47,587 nucleotides of DNA, from assembly GCF_006345805.1 (NCBI RefSeq), contig NW_021834557.1, positions 1 to 47,587 on the forward strand. The letters are read 5' to 3'. This document shows positions 1 to 11,164 of the stretch, piece after piece. The notes beneath the pieces are model-generated. The model worked only from the letters and a program-made list of their open reading frames with translations, made no database searches and was not told the DNA's origin. Each line of letters opens with the position of its first letter. Position 1 is the stretch's first letter. This DNA is from Octopus sinensis. Lineage: Eukaryota. The position numbers were made by a program, and so were the translations under genes.

Positions 1-262
1 ATGTTAACTGGTTATAAAGATTATAAGACATCGTGAAAACTGAAAAGTCGGTGATGTGAAAGCATAAACAGGTGTATAGAATCAGTGGAACAATATAGTA
101 ATATAGAGCCTGAAACGGTGTCTACAATATTGACGGTAAGTTACCGAATTAAACACCTGTTAGACTTCAATACACTTACACCACATATGTAGGCAGGCAT
201 GAAAAACACGTGTATAGGGTGCATGTATATATAGGTATACATACATACATATAAATATACAT

Positions 263-672
263 ACTCTTTTACTCTTTTACTCTTTTATTTGTTTCAGTCA
301 TTTGACTGTGGCCATGCTGGAGCACCGCCTTTAGTCGAGCAACTCGACCCCGGGTCTTATTCTTTTGTAAGCCCAGTACTTGTTCTATCGGTCTCTTTTG
401 CCGAACCGCTAAGTAACGTGGACATAAACACACCAGCATCGGTTGTCAAGCAATGCTAGGGGGACAAACACGGACACACAAACACACACACATATATATA
501 TATACATATATACGACGGGCTTCTTTCAGTTTCCGTCTACCAAATCCATTCACAAGGCTTTGGTCGGCCCGAGGCTATAGTTGAAGACACTTGCCCAAGG
601 TGCCACACAGTGGGACTGAACCCGGAACCATGTGATTGGTAAACAAGCTACTTACCATACAGCCACTCCTGC

Positions 673-675
<3 letters not shown>
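263..675 (-). mobile_element. SINE family A (tRNA-derived head, internal (TA)n, AAAAGAGT tail)
   Basis: Matches other family A copies; B-box-like GGTTCAGTCCC. Confidence 0.9.
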
Positions 676-705
<30 letters not shown>

Positions 706-713
<8 letters not shown>

Positions 714-1086
714 ATTTTAGGGTAGGAAAAAATTCTAGAAAAATTCTCCGCTACCAGCGGTCAAGTGAGAAAGAAGAAATAGTCAATAGACTATATAATA
801 TACATTCAAACATATAAGGGATGGCCATAATAGGACATCCGACTCACTAGAAAGAGCAGCCAAACTCCAAACCACTAATAGTTGTAAGTCTGTTGACGAG
901 GCAACGCCAGTGGTAAATGAATTAATTAAATTAATTTATTTACAAAAGATTGCCGAAACTATGCATAGTCCAGAAAGAAGAGGGTAAACGTTTTTATTTC
1001 TCTTTCCATTTCAGAATTACAACTATTAGTGGTTTGGAGTTTGGCTGGTCTTTCTATTATGGCCATCTCTTATGTGTTTAAATGTA
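706..1086 (+). mobile_element. Non-autonomous Penelope-like/retrozyme-like element with internal inverted repeat and a hammerhead in its loop
   Basis: Arms ~797-892 and 1012-1086 are reverse complements apart from a ~16-nt indel; (TA)n on both sides. Confidence 0.55.
889..974 (+). ncRNA. Type I hammerhead ribozyme motif (C3U variant, extended stem II)
   Basis: TCTG-TTGACGA-GGCAA..TTGCC-GAAAC-TATGCATA-GTC-CAGA: stem I TCTG/CAGA, stem II GGCAA/TTGCC, palindromic stem III ACTATGCATAGT, GUC cleavage triplet. Confidence 0.6.
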
Positions 1087-1352
1087 TATATATATATATA
1101 TATATATATACGAACATACACACATACAGAGACACGTAGGCATATACACGTTTATATATGAATAGGTATATATGTAATAAATATGCATATATATAAATAT
1201 ATATATTTGCATATGTATTCAAACGCATTTTATTCTCAAGATTTCATATGCATGGGCACAAACATACGCATGCTCACACACGTACAAGCATTATGTGTAT
1301 AGATGTGTACGTATATATACAAACATACGTATTCATAACCATATGCGTGTAT

Positions 1353-1389
<37 letters not shown>

Positions 1390-1476
1390 TTAAAATGAGG
1401 GTGAGAAATTAGATATTAATTTAATTAACATCGATTTCACACCATTGGTCTAGCATATAAAAAAGTAAAATTGTAT

Positions 1477-1615
1477 TATATACATATTAGAGTGAAACCA
1501 CTATGTGGACACCCTTATGCTAGAAATAGATCGGCATTCTCAGTGGTAAGACCAAAGCGGATCTATTTCTAGCATAAGGGTGTTCACACAGTGGTTTCCC
1601 TCTAATATGTATATA
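1477..1615. repeat. Near-perfect hairpin (~55-bp arms, 27-nt loop)
   Basis: atacatattagagtgaaaccactatgtggacacccttatgctagaaatagatc versus its reverse complement at 1560-1612; 3 mismatches. Confidence 0.9.
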
Positions 1616-1661
1616 TGTGTGTGTGTCTGTGTGTGTGTGTGTGTGTGTCTGTGTGTGTGTG

Positions 1662-1704
<43 letters not shown>

Positions 1705-3160
1705 GTAGTCTCTTTGCATTTTTATGTCGCTAGCCTCGATTCTCCGCTTTCACCACATTGCTGAATTTATGTTTTATAGTTCTACCGTTCTTACTCCTTA
1801 TTTAGGGGTCTGCCATTTCAACCCTTCCTCTTCTTTCGTATACCTCTTTCTCAATCTCTGTTTCTCGATACTTCGTTCAATTTGTATTTTTCATTCTGCA
1901 AATTTATAGCTTTAGAAAAAACATGATTAGTATAGAATTCCAGCTGATTATCTTGGTACAAACGTCTTTTCAATTTTAACCGAAGCTCGAAATCAAGTTT
2001 TGTAGATACGAATCCAAATTACGATTATTGCTAAGGTATTGTTTTTTTTATGCATCTTGCTGTACATTGTTTCTATTAGTAATGTTACAGATAAGAAGTT
2101 TGCATCGTGCTCACGTTTCGACTTAGTAAACGCACTTCTCTATTTTAAAGCTAAGAGAAGTGACTCTGAGCCAGTCGTTGTGACAGCGTCGTCGTTTTCA
2201 CCACTACCATATTTCTTCTTTCAGTATAAATTTGGAAGCTGCACCAACGGAGAGGATTTACAACTCCAAGCGGCTTGAATACACAAGTCTCTGGTATACA
2301 AGTGGTTAAAATTCGCCAGCAGAATGGCATACAGGAGTGGCTCCCTTAGGATGTAAAAAGTTAAGGGCCAAAACACGTGCCCGAGTGGGGGTTCCTTCTC
2401 GGAAGTCCTTCTACTGTATAGCGCTCTTGAGAATTTCTTGCCCCCAAGGCACACTGCAAACTGAATCCACCATAGCTGCAGAACTTCCTAGACTTTGCAG
2501 AGAGGAATATCTCTTTAGTATTGCTAAAACTCAAATATTTTACGGTCCCAGTGGTAGCTTCAATAAGAAATTACTCTACATTAAAGATAAATTATCTCTT
2601 TCAAAAGACGTTTACAGCGCCATCTGTTACCTTCTTACTTTACATCAAATAACAAATACTGAGTAGGAGAAAACGAGGTGACGCGATTGAAGACCAGCCT
2701 GACAAGTTTCGACAGAAGAATATGAGATATTTTGGCATTGTGGCTTTGACGTCGTTGATACGACTCTGACTTATTTGACATCACCCGTTTTAATGTTTCT
2801 ATCGTTTTCTTCCAACTCCCCCTCTCTCTCTCTATGTCTGTGAGCATATAGCGCTGTGTACGAAGAGGCGGAAGTTTCTGGATTTAATGTTGAGTATCGG
2901 GTTTTAGGGTTTGCATTGTTGTTTGTGGCTGAGTATGGTAATATTTTATTTATAAGTCTTTTTGTTTTGTGTGTGGAGTATTAGTTTTTGAAGGAGATTT
3001 TTTAAGTGTTTCTATAAGGCTATCTATATCTTTTATTGTTGGTTTATTAAGATTTTTATTTATTTGGGTTGAATCAGGCTCAAGTAATAAATTGTAATAA
3101 CTTTTTATCTACCTATCCATCCATCCATCCACCTACCTACCTACCTACCTACCTACCTAC

Positions 3161-3248
<88 letters not shown>

Positions 3249-3251
3249 TTA

Positions 3252-3296
<45 letters not shown>

Positions 3297-3303
3297 TTAT
3301 GAA

Positions 3304-3468
3304 GGCGCATGGCTCAGTAGTTAGAGCATTGAGGTTACGATCGTGAGGTTGTGAGCTCGATTCCCGGACCGGACTGCATGTTTTGTTCTTGAGCAAGACA
3401 CTTTATTTCACGTTGCTCCAGTTAACTCAGCTGCAGAAATGGAGTTTCGACGACACTGGTGCCAAGCT
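3304..3468 (+). mobile_element. SINE family D, 3'-truncated
   Basis: ggcgcatggctcagt.gttagagc..ttcttgagcaagacactttatttcacgttgctccag. Confidence 0.85.
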
Positions 3469-3734
3469 GTGGTGATGGTGGTGGTGGTGGTGATGATGAT
3501 GATGACTATGATGATGATGATGATAATGATGATGATTTCATTTATTTCCCAGAAGGGTGAAAGATGAGGGGGACAATACAAAGACAGACATAAAGTGTGT
3601 GTGTGTGTGTGTGGGGGGGGGTTATATATAATAATGAAATGATGAAAAGCAAATTAAATGAAAGTATATACGGTATACACTGTAAAAGAAGGGACATATG
3701 TATAGCATACAAAGGTTTAAAAAGTGGCGGGTAG

Positions 3735-4081
3735 GATGATAGAGATGTGGCCCTCCTGATACAGGAAGGCCTCTAGGGATAATCGAGGAACCCCAATGTC
3801 CGAGATTTCCCTGAACACCGAGAGCAATTGCCATCTCTAATTCTTCCTCTCCGACTCACTGGTCTACACTCACAGAGGTACCATCCACGCATGCCATTTT
3901 CGCAGCTTCCGGCCATCATTCAATAAACACAATCAAGGACAGCGCTTCCTTCTCCACCCTCAATTCAATTTTGAAGGGAAACTTGGAGAAGTCAACGAGA
4001 GCTCTACCAAACAGGAATGTATCTGTCCTCGTGGCCTTTCAGCCTTGTCCACCAAACAACCTCTTTCGCCACAGCCACCAG
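3735..4081 (-). mobile_element. 3' fragment of a Tx1/L1-like LINE ORF2
   Basis: Frameshifted LVAVAKEVVWWTRLKG..TFLFGRALVDFSKF..KIELRVEKEALS..FIE*W..AAKMA; stop ~3856-58. Confidence 0.55.
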
Positions 4082-4187
4082 AATAATAATAATAACAATA
4101 ACAATAATAATAATAATAATAATAATAACAACAACAACAGCAACAACAACAATAACAACAACAATAATAATAATAATAATAATAATA

Positions 4188-4234
<47 letters not shown>

Positions 4235-4462
4235 AATAATGATAATAAAAATGATGATATTAATAATAATCTCCACCAAACAACCTCTTTCACCACAGCC
4301 ACCAGAATAATAATAATAACAACAACAACAACAATAATGATAACAATAATAATAATAATAATAACAATAATAATAATAATGATGATGATGATGATGATCA
4401 TGATGATCATGATGATGATCATGATCATGATCATATTGGTAATAATAATGATGATGATAATG

Positions 4463-4545
<83 letters not shown>

Positions 4546-4560
4546 AAGAAGAAGAAGAAG
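4082..4560. repeat. Compound trinucleotide microsatellite (AAT/AAC/GAT/AAG) with a duplicated 35-bp LINE segment
   Basis: ccaccaaacaacctctttc.ccacagccaccag at 4048-81 and 4272-4305. Confidence 0.95.
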
Positions 4561-5221
4561 AATCTATTCCAGTTGTAACAATCATAAAAGATAAAAATGA
4601 TACTTTCTTTTGCATACGGCTCTTTCTTATTTCTTCTTTTGTGTACGCGTTAGAGAACTCGTCGTGCAAGGTATATCGCTGTTTACATAAACTGGGAGAG
4701 GTGCAACATCAGCCACAACAACAACCACAACAACAACAACAACAGCAGCAGCAGCAAAGAAACTATGTAGATCATAGCAGTAGTAGCATTAACAGATGAT
4801 GACGACGGGAGTACGCTCAGCCACGGACTTTTCGCGTTCGGGATGGATCCGATAAAGAGCGGTTGCTACTTCGGGGATTAGAGCGAAAAGAATTATGTCG
4901 GACGCGGTTGAAAAGTTTGAGGTCAGGGTTTTATCTCATAGCCTATGACTTCATCCTCTTTAAGTAAGAAAGACAGGTTGATGCTGTGCTTCAATGAATT
5001 TTATGAACGGTAAGCGTAGGCGTGGCTGCGTGGTAAGATCTTGCTTCCCAACCATACGGTTCCAGGGTTCCGGGTTCAGTCCCGCTGCGTGGAACCTTGG
5101 GAAAGTGTCTTCTGTTATAGCTTCAGGCCGACCAAAGCCTTGTGAGTGGATTTTCTAGACGGAAACTGAAAGAAGCCCGTTGTGTGTGTGAGTGTGTGTG
5201 TGGTGTGTGTGTGTGTGTGTA

Positions 5222-5490
5222 TGGAATTTACAAAAAAAAAAGACGAAGACGGGTGTGTAAACAACAAACAGATGAATTAGTTTAACGCTCGGGAAGTGAT
5301 ATATATGTGTGTGTGTGTGTGTAGTTGAAAAGTTGAAAATTGCAGAAAAACAAAAGACGAAAAGAAGTGTATAAACAAGCAGGTGAAATAGTTTGACGCT
5401 CGGGAATGTGAGAAAGTCTTTTACGTTTCGAACCTACGCTCTTCATCAGAAAAGGAACACCAGGAAATAAACAGAGAGAAGGAATTAAAA
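5222..5490 (-). mobile_element. Penelope-like terminal fragment with partial tandem repeat, inserted in a SINE
   Basis: Two related copies (~5222-5298 and ~5330-5410) followed by a hammerhead motif; sits between head and tail of SINE 5013-5725. Confidence 0.55.
5417..5454 (-). ncRNA. Minimal type I hammerhead ribozyme motif
   Basis: Minus strand CTTTT-CTGATGA-AGAGC-GTAG-GTTC-GAAAC-GTA-AAAGA: intact core, short stem II, minimal stem III. Confidence 0.7.
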
Positions 5491-5899
5491 AAAAACTTGT
5501 ATATATATTTATGCGTCAGTGTCTTTATGTCTGTGTTTGTCCCTCCGCCATCGCTTGACAACCGATGTTGGTTGTTTTATGTGTCCAAAACTTAGCGGTT
5601 CGTTAAAAGACACCGATAGAATAAGTACTAGGCTTACAAAGAAAATATCCTGGGGTCAGTTTCTTCGACTAAATGCGATGCTCCAGCATGGCCGCAGTCA
5701 TATGACTGGAACGTGTAAATGGGTAAGAAGAGAGCAGCGGAAATGGCGTAGCTAAATGGTTTGACCCTAAGTAGTTGGAAGTTTACAGAATGAACTAGGA
5801 CGGTGCTCTTGATTCTGAGCGCGCCAAGCTAACCTGGTGTGGTTTCTGGAATGCTTCAAAGCCCTTTATGCGCTTGCTCGATTTTAATCATGGCTTCTT

Positions 5900-6190
5900 T
5901 TCTTTTATCCTTTTCCGGTTTGTCATTAGACTGCAGTCAATGTGGGGCACCCACTTGAAGAAATTCTGGTCGAAAAAAAGCTAACACCGCTTGTCAAGCG
6001 GTGATGGTGGACAAACAGACACAAAGACACACGGACACACATAAATATATATTCTGTCTATCAAATCCACTCAGAAGGCTTTATTTGGTCCAAGGCTTTA
6101 GTTGGTAAAAAGGCACCAGCCGAAGGTGCAACGCAGTGGGACTGAACCCGGAACCGTGTGGTTGGGGAGCAAGCGCCTTACCACTCAGTC
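5900..6190 (-). mobile_element. SINE family A, diverged
   Basis: Similarity to other copies. Confidence 0.75.
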
Positions 6191-6368
6191 CATTTTCTTC
6201 TGTAAACTAAGGTACCAGTGATTATTTACTGAGGTGCATTTTTGTTCTTTGTTCATCTCACGAAATGAGATGATACAAATCGACTCCTTGTTTGCTGTCT
6301 CTTTCATTCTGTCCCCCAACGTCTTGGGTCTTTGTGGACAAACAAGCATCTCAAGAATTATCATCTAG

Positions 6369-7417
6369 GCATCGGGCTGGCAGAATTGTTAACGCGTCGG
6401 ACAGAGGGCGTAGAAGCTTTTCTTTCGGTTCTTTACGTGTCGAGTTCAAATCCCGCCCACCTTGACTATGCTTCTTAACTTTTCGGGCTCGATTAAATAC
6501 TGCAAGAAGTTTATTCGATTGTTCCAATAATTCTGCCAAAAATAATTTATTCTTGCAAATGTCGCCCTATGAAAAGACATTTTAGGGGCGAGTTGTGATT
6601 TTTTACCTCGAAATTGGCCAAATGACAAAAAAGAATGGTATACACAGTATAGAAACGTGGGGGTGAAATCTACAGAGAGGAGGGCACTCACCTCGTATTA
6701 GTCAAGATCCCCTACACATCTGGATTATTCTGACTACGAAAGGTAATTGATTTCTTCTAGATGCCATTTCCATCACAGGGGTATATGCCAAGAGCCGAAT
6801 CGGCCCATTCACGCACACCATACAACTCTCACAAACCTTTTAACAAATTTATTAAACGATAGCAGCCCACATTTCTGAATAGTTTTACCTTCGTATTGGT
6901 GTAGATCTTTAAAAAAAAATCGAAAACTGCCGAAGAATTTGAACAGCTTCTTTCATAAAACCCAGGAAAATAATTAATTTTGGTACAATGCTGAGATTTT
7001 TTTTTTTTTTTTTTCGGGGGAGAGGTAGTCAATTACGACGACTCTACTCAGGTCAATTTCTTTCATCGATCCTGAAAGGATGAATGGTAAAGTTAATCTC
7101 GGTATATTTAAATTCAGAACGTAAAGAGCCTTTTGCCTCTCGCGCAATATTGATTCTACCAGCTCGCTGCCTTGATAATAAGGCTTTCAAATTTTGACAT
7201 AAGGGCAGCAGGTTTATGGGATGGGATTGGTCGGTCCCATCGCCCTCAGTATATGAATGGTACGTTATTTCACAGACACCGCCCCCCCACACCGAAAAAA
7301 CATGAAAGGCAAATTTGACCCCTACGTCGGAATTTGAACTCAGAATGTAAAGAGCCGGAAGAAATGCCGCTAAGCCTTTTGTCCGACGCACTAACAATTT
7401 TGCTAACTCGCCGCCCC

Positions 7418-7418
<1 letters not shown>
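6369..7418. mobile_element. Three diverged SINE B copies (6369-6530 +, 7035-7145 -, 7245-7418 -)
   Basis: Similarity to 10487-10721. Confidence 0.7.
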
Positions 7419-7449
<31 letters not shown>

Positions 7450-7932
7450 TAATAATAATAATTTAATGATCATAATCTGAGTAGCAACGTCAGCGCAAAC
7501 ATAGAAAAATAAAAGGAAGGTAGTAGAAGTTAAGCAAATATAAACAGTTTTGGAGCCAAAAGAAAAAAGGGGGAGGAGGGAGGAAAGTAAGAGAAAGAGA
7601 TTTTAATACAAATATTGTACTATTGAAAGAAACGAAGTATATAATGTGGTGCTTGTTGTTGTTGAAGTGAAGAAAAATAGCAAGAAACTGTCTTTCTTTT
7701 TCTGTCTTTCCTCCCTCTCTCTCCCCCTTCTCTCCCTTTCTCTCTCTCTCAGTCATTCGTTCAATACAATTACATTATTCAACAAATAACTAAATGTGGC
7801 CTTATTGAATAAATAGTTGGTGTTAAGTAGAGGTGAGTGAATGAAAGAATGGTTGAATGGCGAGAAAATAATGGTTGAGGGTGGTGGTAGTGGTGTTTGG
7901 GTATTTGTGGTGGTATGTGTCGCTGAGGAATG

Positions 7933-8250
7933 AAGCGCGGTTAGATGGCGCAGTGGTTAGAGCGTCGGCTTCACAATCATGAGGTTTTGAGCTCGATTCC
8001 CGGACCGGGCTGTGTGCTGTGTTCCTGAGCAAGACACTTTATTTTCACGTTGCTCCATTTCACTCAGCTGTAGAAATTGCGACGTCACAGGTGACAAGCT
8101 GTGTCGACCCCTTTGCCTTTCTCTTGGATAACATCAGTGGCATGGAGAGGGGAGGCTGGTCTTCCATAAATAACCTTGCCCAGATTTGTGCCTCGGAAGG
8201 AAACATTCTAGGTGCAATCCCATGGTCATTCATGACCGGAGGGGACCTTT
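7933..8250 (+). mobile_element. SINE family D
   Basis: Matches 37422-37758. Confidence 0.85.
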
Positions 8251-8444
8251 ATATATCTATCTATCTATTAAATTATGTTTTCCAAAATGGAGGCGAACCT
8301 CATTCTCCATGTGATCGGCTTGAAAAATTGTTAAGACACTAGGATATTTTCCTATTTTTTTAACATGAAACCAATGGTAGCCTTCATTCACAATGGAATT
8401 CTATCCACCAATGGGGTATAGAGCACTCATTTTCATCGTTCAAC

Positions 8445-8477
<33 letters not shown>

Positions 8478-8517
8478 AATTCACACATACATACATACAT
8501 ACATACATTCATACATA

Positions 8518-8905
8518 ATGATTTGGGATAGAGAAGAGAAACTGTGGTGCAGTTGTGGAAATTAGCTGCCCAGCGGATGTTAAGATAAAGCTGAAGATCA
8601 GCTATGCTGAACTATCGAGAAATCTGCAGTTACTCTATCGAGATCACAAGTTCAGGTTTATACCTGTAATTATTGGAGCCCTGGGACATGTAACACACTG
8701 CCTAAATACCAATCTTGAAAAATTAGGCTTCTCAAAACCAGAAAGGAGAAAGCTAATTCGAAGACTACAGATCCAATCCATCACTGGAACTGCAAAAATC
8801 TGTAAAACTTTCCAGAAGTTTATTATTTAAATATATATGAGCGTGTCTAGATATGCAACTATATGCATGAGAATACATACGTAAAACATACAAATCTACA
8901 CACAT
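8518..8905 (+). mobile_element. 5'-truncated R4/Dong-like non-LTR retrotransposon (restriction-like endonuclease C-terminus plus 3' UTR)
   Basis: IWDREEK..VEISCPAD..K..YAEL..L..LY..KFRFIPVIIGALG..L..LGF..QSITGTAKICKTF matches the R4-clade RLE tail pattern; stop at 8828-30; (TACA)n on both sides. Confidence 0.8.
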
Positions 8906-9019
8906 ACATACATACATACATACATACATACATACATACATCATACATACATACATACATACATACATACATACATACATGCGTATGCCCGTGTACGAAA
9001 ACTTCTCTATATTTGCGCC

Positions 9020-9189
9020 AGGTTGGGGCAGCACCCTGAGGAATTTTAGTCGAAAGAATCGATCCCAGTTCTTACTTTTTAAAGCCTGGTACTTTTTCTG
9101 TCGGTCTCATTTGCCAAACCGCAAAGTTACGGAGACGCAAGCACACCAACAATGATTGACAAGGGGTGACAAACACAGGCACAAACACA

Positions 9190-9190
<1 letters not shown>
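9020..9190 (-). mobile_element. SINE family A tail fragment
   Basis: Similarity to other copies. Confidence 0.7.
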
Positions 9191-9229
<39 letters not shown>

Positions 9230-10400
9230 CGTGCATAGTCAAACTCGCACACATTCACACACACACACACACACACATCTAAAATCAAACATATGCACAA
9301 TCACGCACCTGTGCATACATGCTTACGTACGTGCGTACCTGCCTACCTACCTATATACATACATACATGCATTCATGCATATATACACACATACACACAT
9401 ACACACAGACATACATCCATAGATACATATATTCATACACACATACATGCATACATAAACATACATACATATATTCATACACATACGTAACATACCTACA
9501 TAAATTCACACATACATTCATTCATACATACATACACACATACCTACCTATCTACATACATACATCTATATATATATATATACATACATACATACATACA
9601 CACATACCTACCTACCTACCTACACACATACGTACAAACATCTATATATATACATATACATACATACATATATATATATATATACAGACCTACCTACCTA
9701 CACACATACATACAAACATACATACCTACATACATACATACCTACATACATACATACACACATACATACAAACATACATACATACATACATACACACATA
9801 CACACATACAGACAGACAGACACGTCCAACTCGGCAGCTGCTAGGAAATGTCGTGGGACCAACCGAATAACCGTCGACCATTGTAATAGACTTTCGTGGA
9901 TCGAGATAAACGTCACAAGCAGGGACTGTCGTGCATAAAGGTCGTCCCCGCCCCACACCTCTCTAGTTAAGGGTGTGCCATACCGTGTGTAATAAGAGGA
10001 CAGACAGTAAACTGTCACCAACCTGAGCGCAGAAAATAGAATTTAAAAAAAAAGCAAAACAAAACACACCCCTACAATTTCTTTCAGTTCTCATGTCACA
10101 CGGGGCCAATCCGACATGTTGCTCGATGATAATAGTGATAATGATGGTGGTGATGGTGAGAGGTTAATCCATTCAACAATTTCCGTATCTGGCAGCATTT
10201 CCTTAGTCAGGGACAATATAATTTCTTGTCAGCCTCCCTCCCCGCCATACACCACTACGAATGCATAAGCCGTTCCCGCCATGTCCTTCACACCCACACA
10301 ACACATTACACGACAGATTCCCAACCGCAGAGCAACACCTTTGCTCTCAATGGGATCATTATTTTTATGTTTCTCCTGTGACTTTTGTTATGGCTGTAAC

Positions 10401-10912
10401 TCAATGTTTCTCAATCGGGTTTTTTTTTTCTATGGACCCCTTCAATTTCTATTCTACTCTGCTGGACCCTTATACACATTCAATGTAGAGGCGGCGAGCT
10501 GGCAGAAACGTTAGTACGCTGGGCGAAATGCGTAGCCGTATTTCGTCTGCCGTTACGTTCTGAGTTCAAATTCCGCCGAGGTCGACTTTGCCTTTCATCC
10601 TATCGGAGTCGATTAAATAAAGTACCAGTTTCGCACTGGGGTCGATGTAATCGACTTAATCGCTTTGTCTGTCCTGGTTTGTCCCCTCTATGTTTAGCCC
10701 CCTGTGAGCAATAAAGAAATATATACACATTCAATGTTGAAAAGAAACTCCCATTATATTATATTTTCATAATTTTTATTAGGAATTGTACAAAAAAAAT
10801 TGTTAAAATATTTTGTGTATTGTAAAAGTATAACTAGTTTATTGCAGATAAATTTTAACAAAATTTTATGTGGACCTCAAGATTTATACGGCCTCCGGTT
10901 GAGAATCTCCTC
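10401..10912. mobile_element. Decayed hAT-like MITE interrupted by a SINE
   Basis: Ends tgtttctcaatcgg / ccggttgagaatc resemble CAGTGTTTCTCAACC-type TIRs. Confidence 0.4.
10487..10721 (+). mobile_element. SINE family B with 16-bp target-site duplication
   Basis: ggcggcgagctggcagaaacgttag..gagttcaaattccg; TSD tatacacattcaatgt at 10471-86 and 10722-37. Confidence 0.95.
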
Positions 10913-10938
10913 TACTACTACTACTACTACTATACAAA

Positions 10939-11160
10939 CAGGGTTAGCCAAAAGTCACCTTTCAGTAAATCAAGATTAAAACCAAAAATTATTTTACATT
11001 AGACTTCGCTAATAAATGGAGGAATGTTTTTTAAAAATCCGGTAATTTTACTCACAGCATTCATTTATTAAACATTCATAATTGGAATGAATAAATAAAA
11101 CTGAATATTGAGTACTTAGGCAGTTTTGATTTACTGTCGGGTGACTTTTGGCCAACCCTG
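10939..11160. mobile_element. Tc1/mariner-type MITE (222 bp)
   Basis: ~36-bp TIRs CAGGGTT(A/G)GCCAAAAGTCACC..CAGTAAATCAA. Confidence 0.8.
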
Positions 11161-11164
11161 TCCA

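Larger units (their letters stand above)
5013..5725 (+). mobile_element. SINE family A, interrupted by a Penelope-like insert
   Basis: Head 5013-5180, tail ~5510-5725. Confidence 0.85.

Noticed and set aside
2225-2666. Strong acceptor at 2223-24 and a 109-aa ORF
   Set aside because: No recognisable motif, no convincing donor, and no phase link to the exon chain; may be a decayed TE.
3971-4669. Long ORFs of 207 and 221 aa
   Set aside because: Translations of trinucleotide microsatellites, which lack stops by construction.
9319-9870. 183-aa YIHT-repeat ORF and similar (TA/CA/TACA)n ORFs throughout the window
   Set aside because: Microsatellite artefacts.
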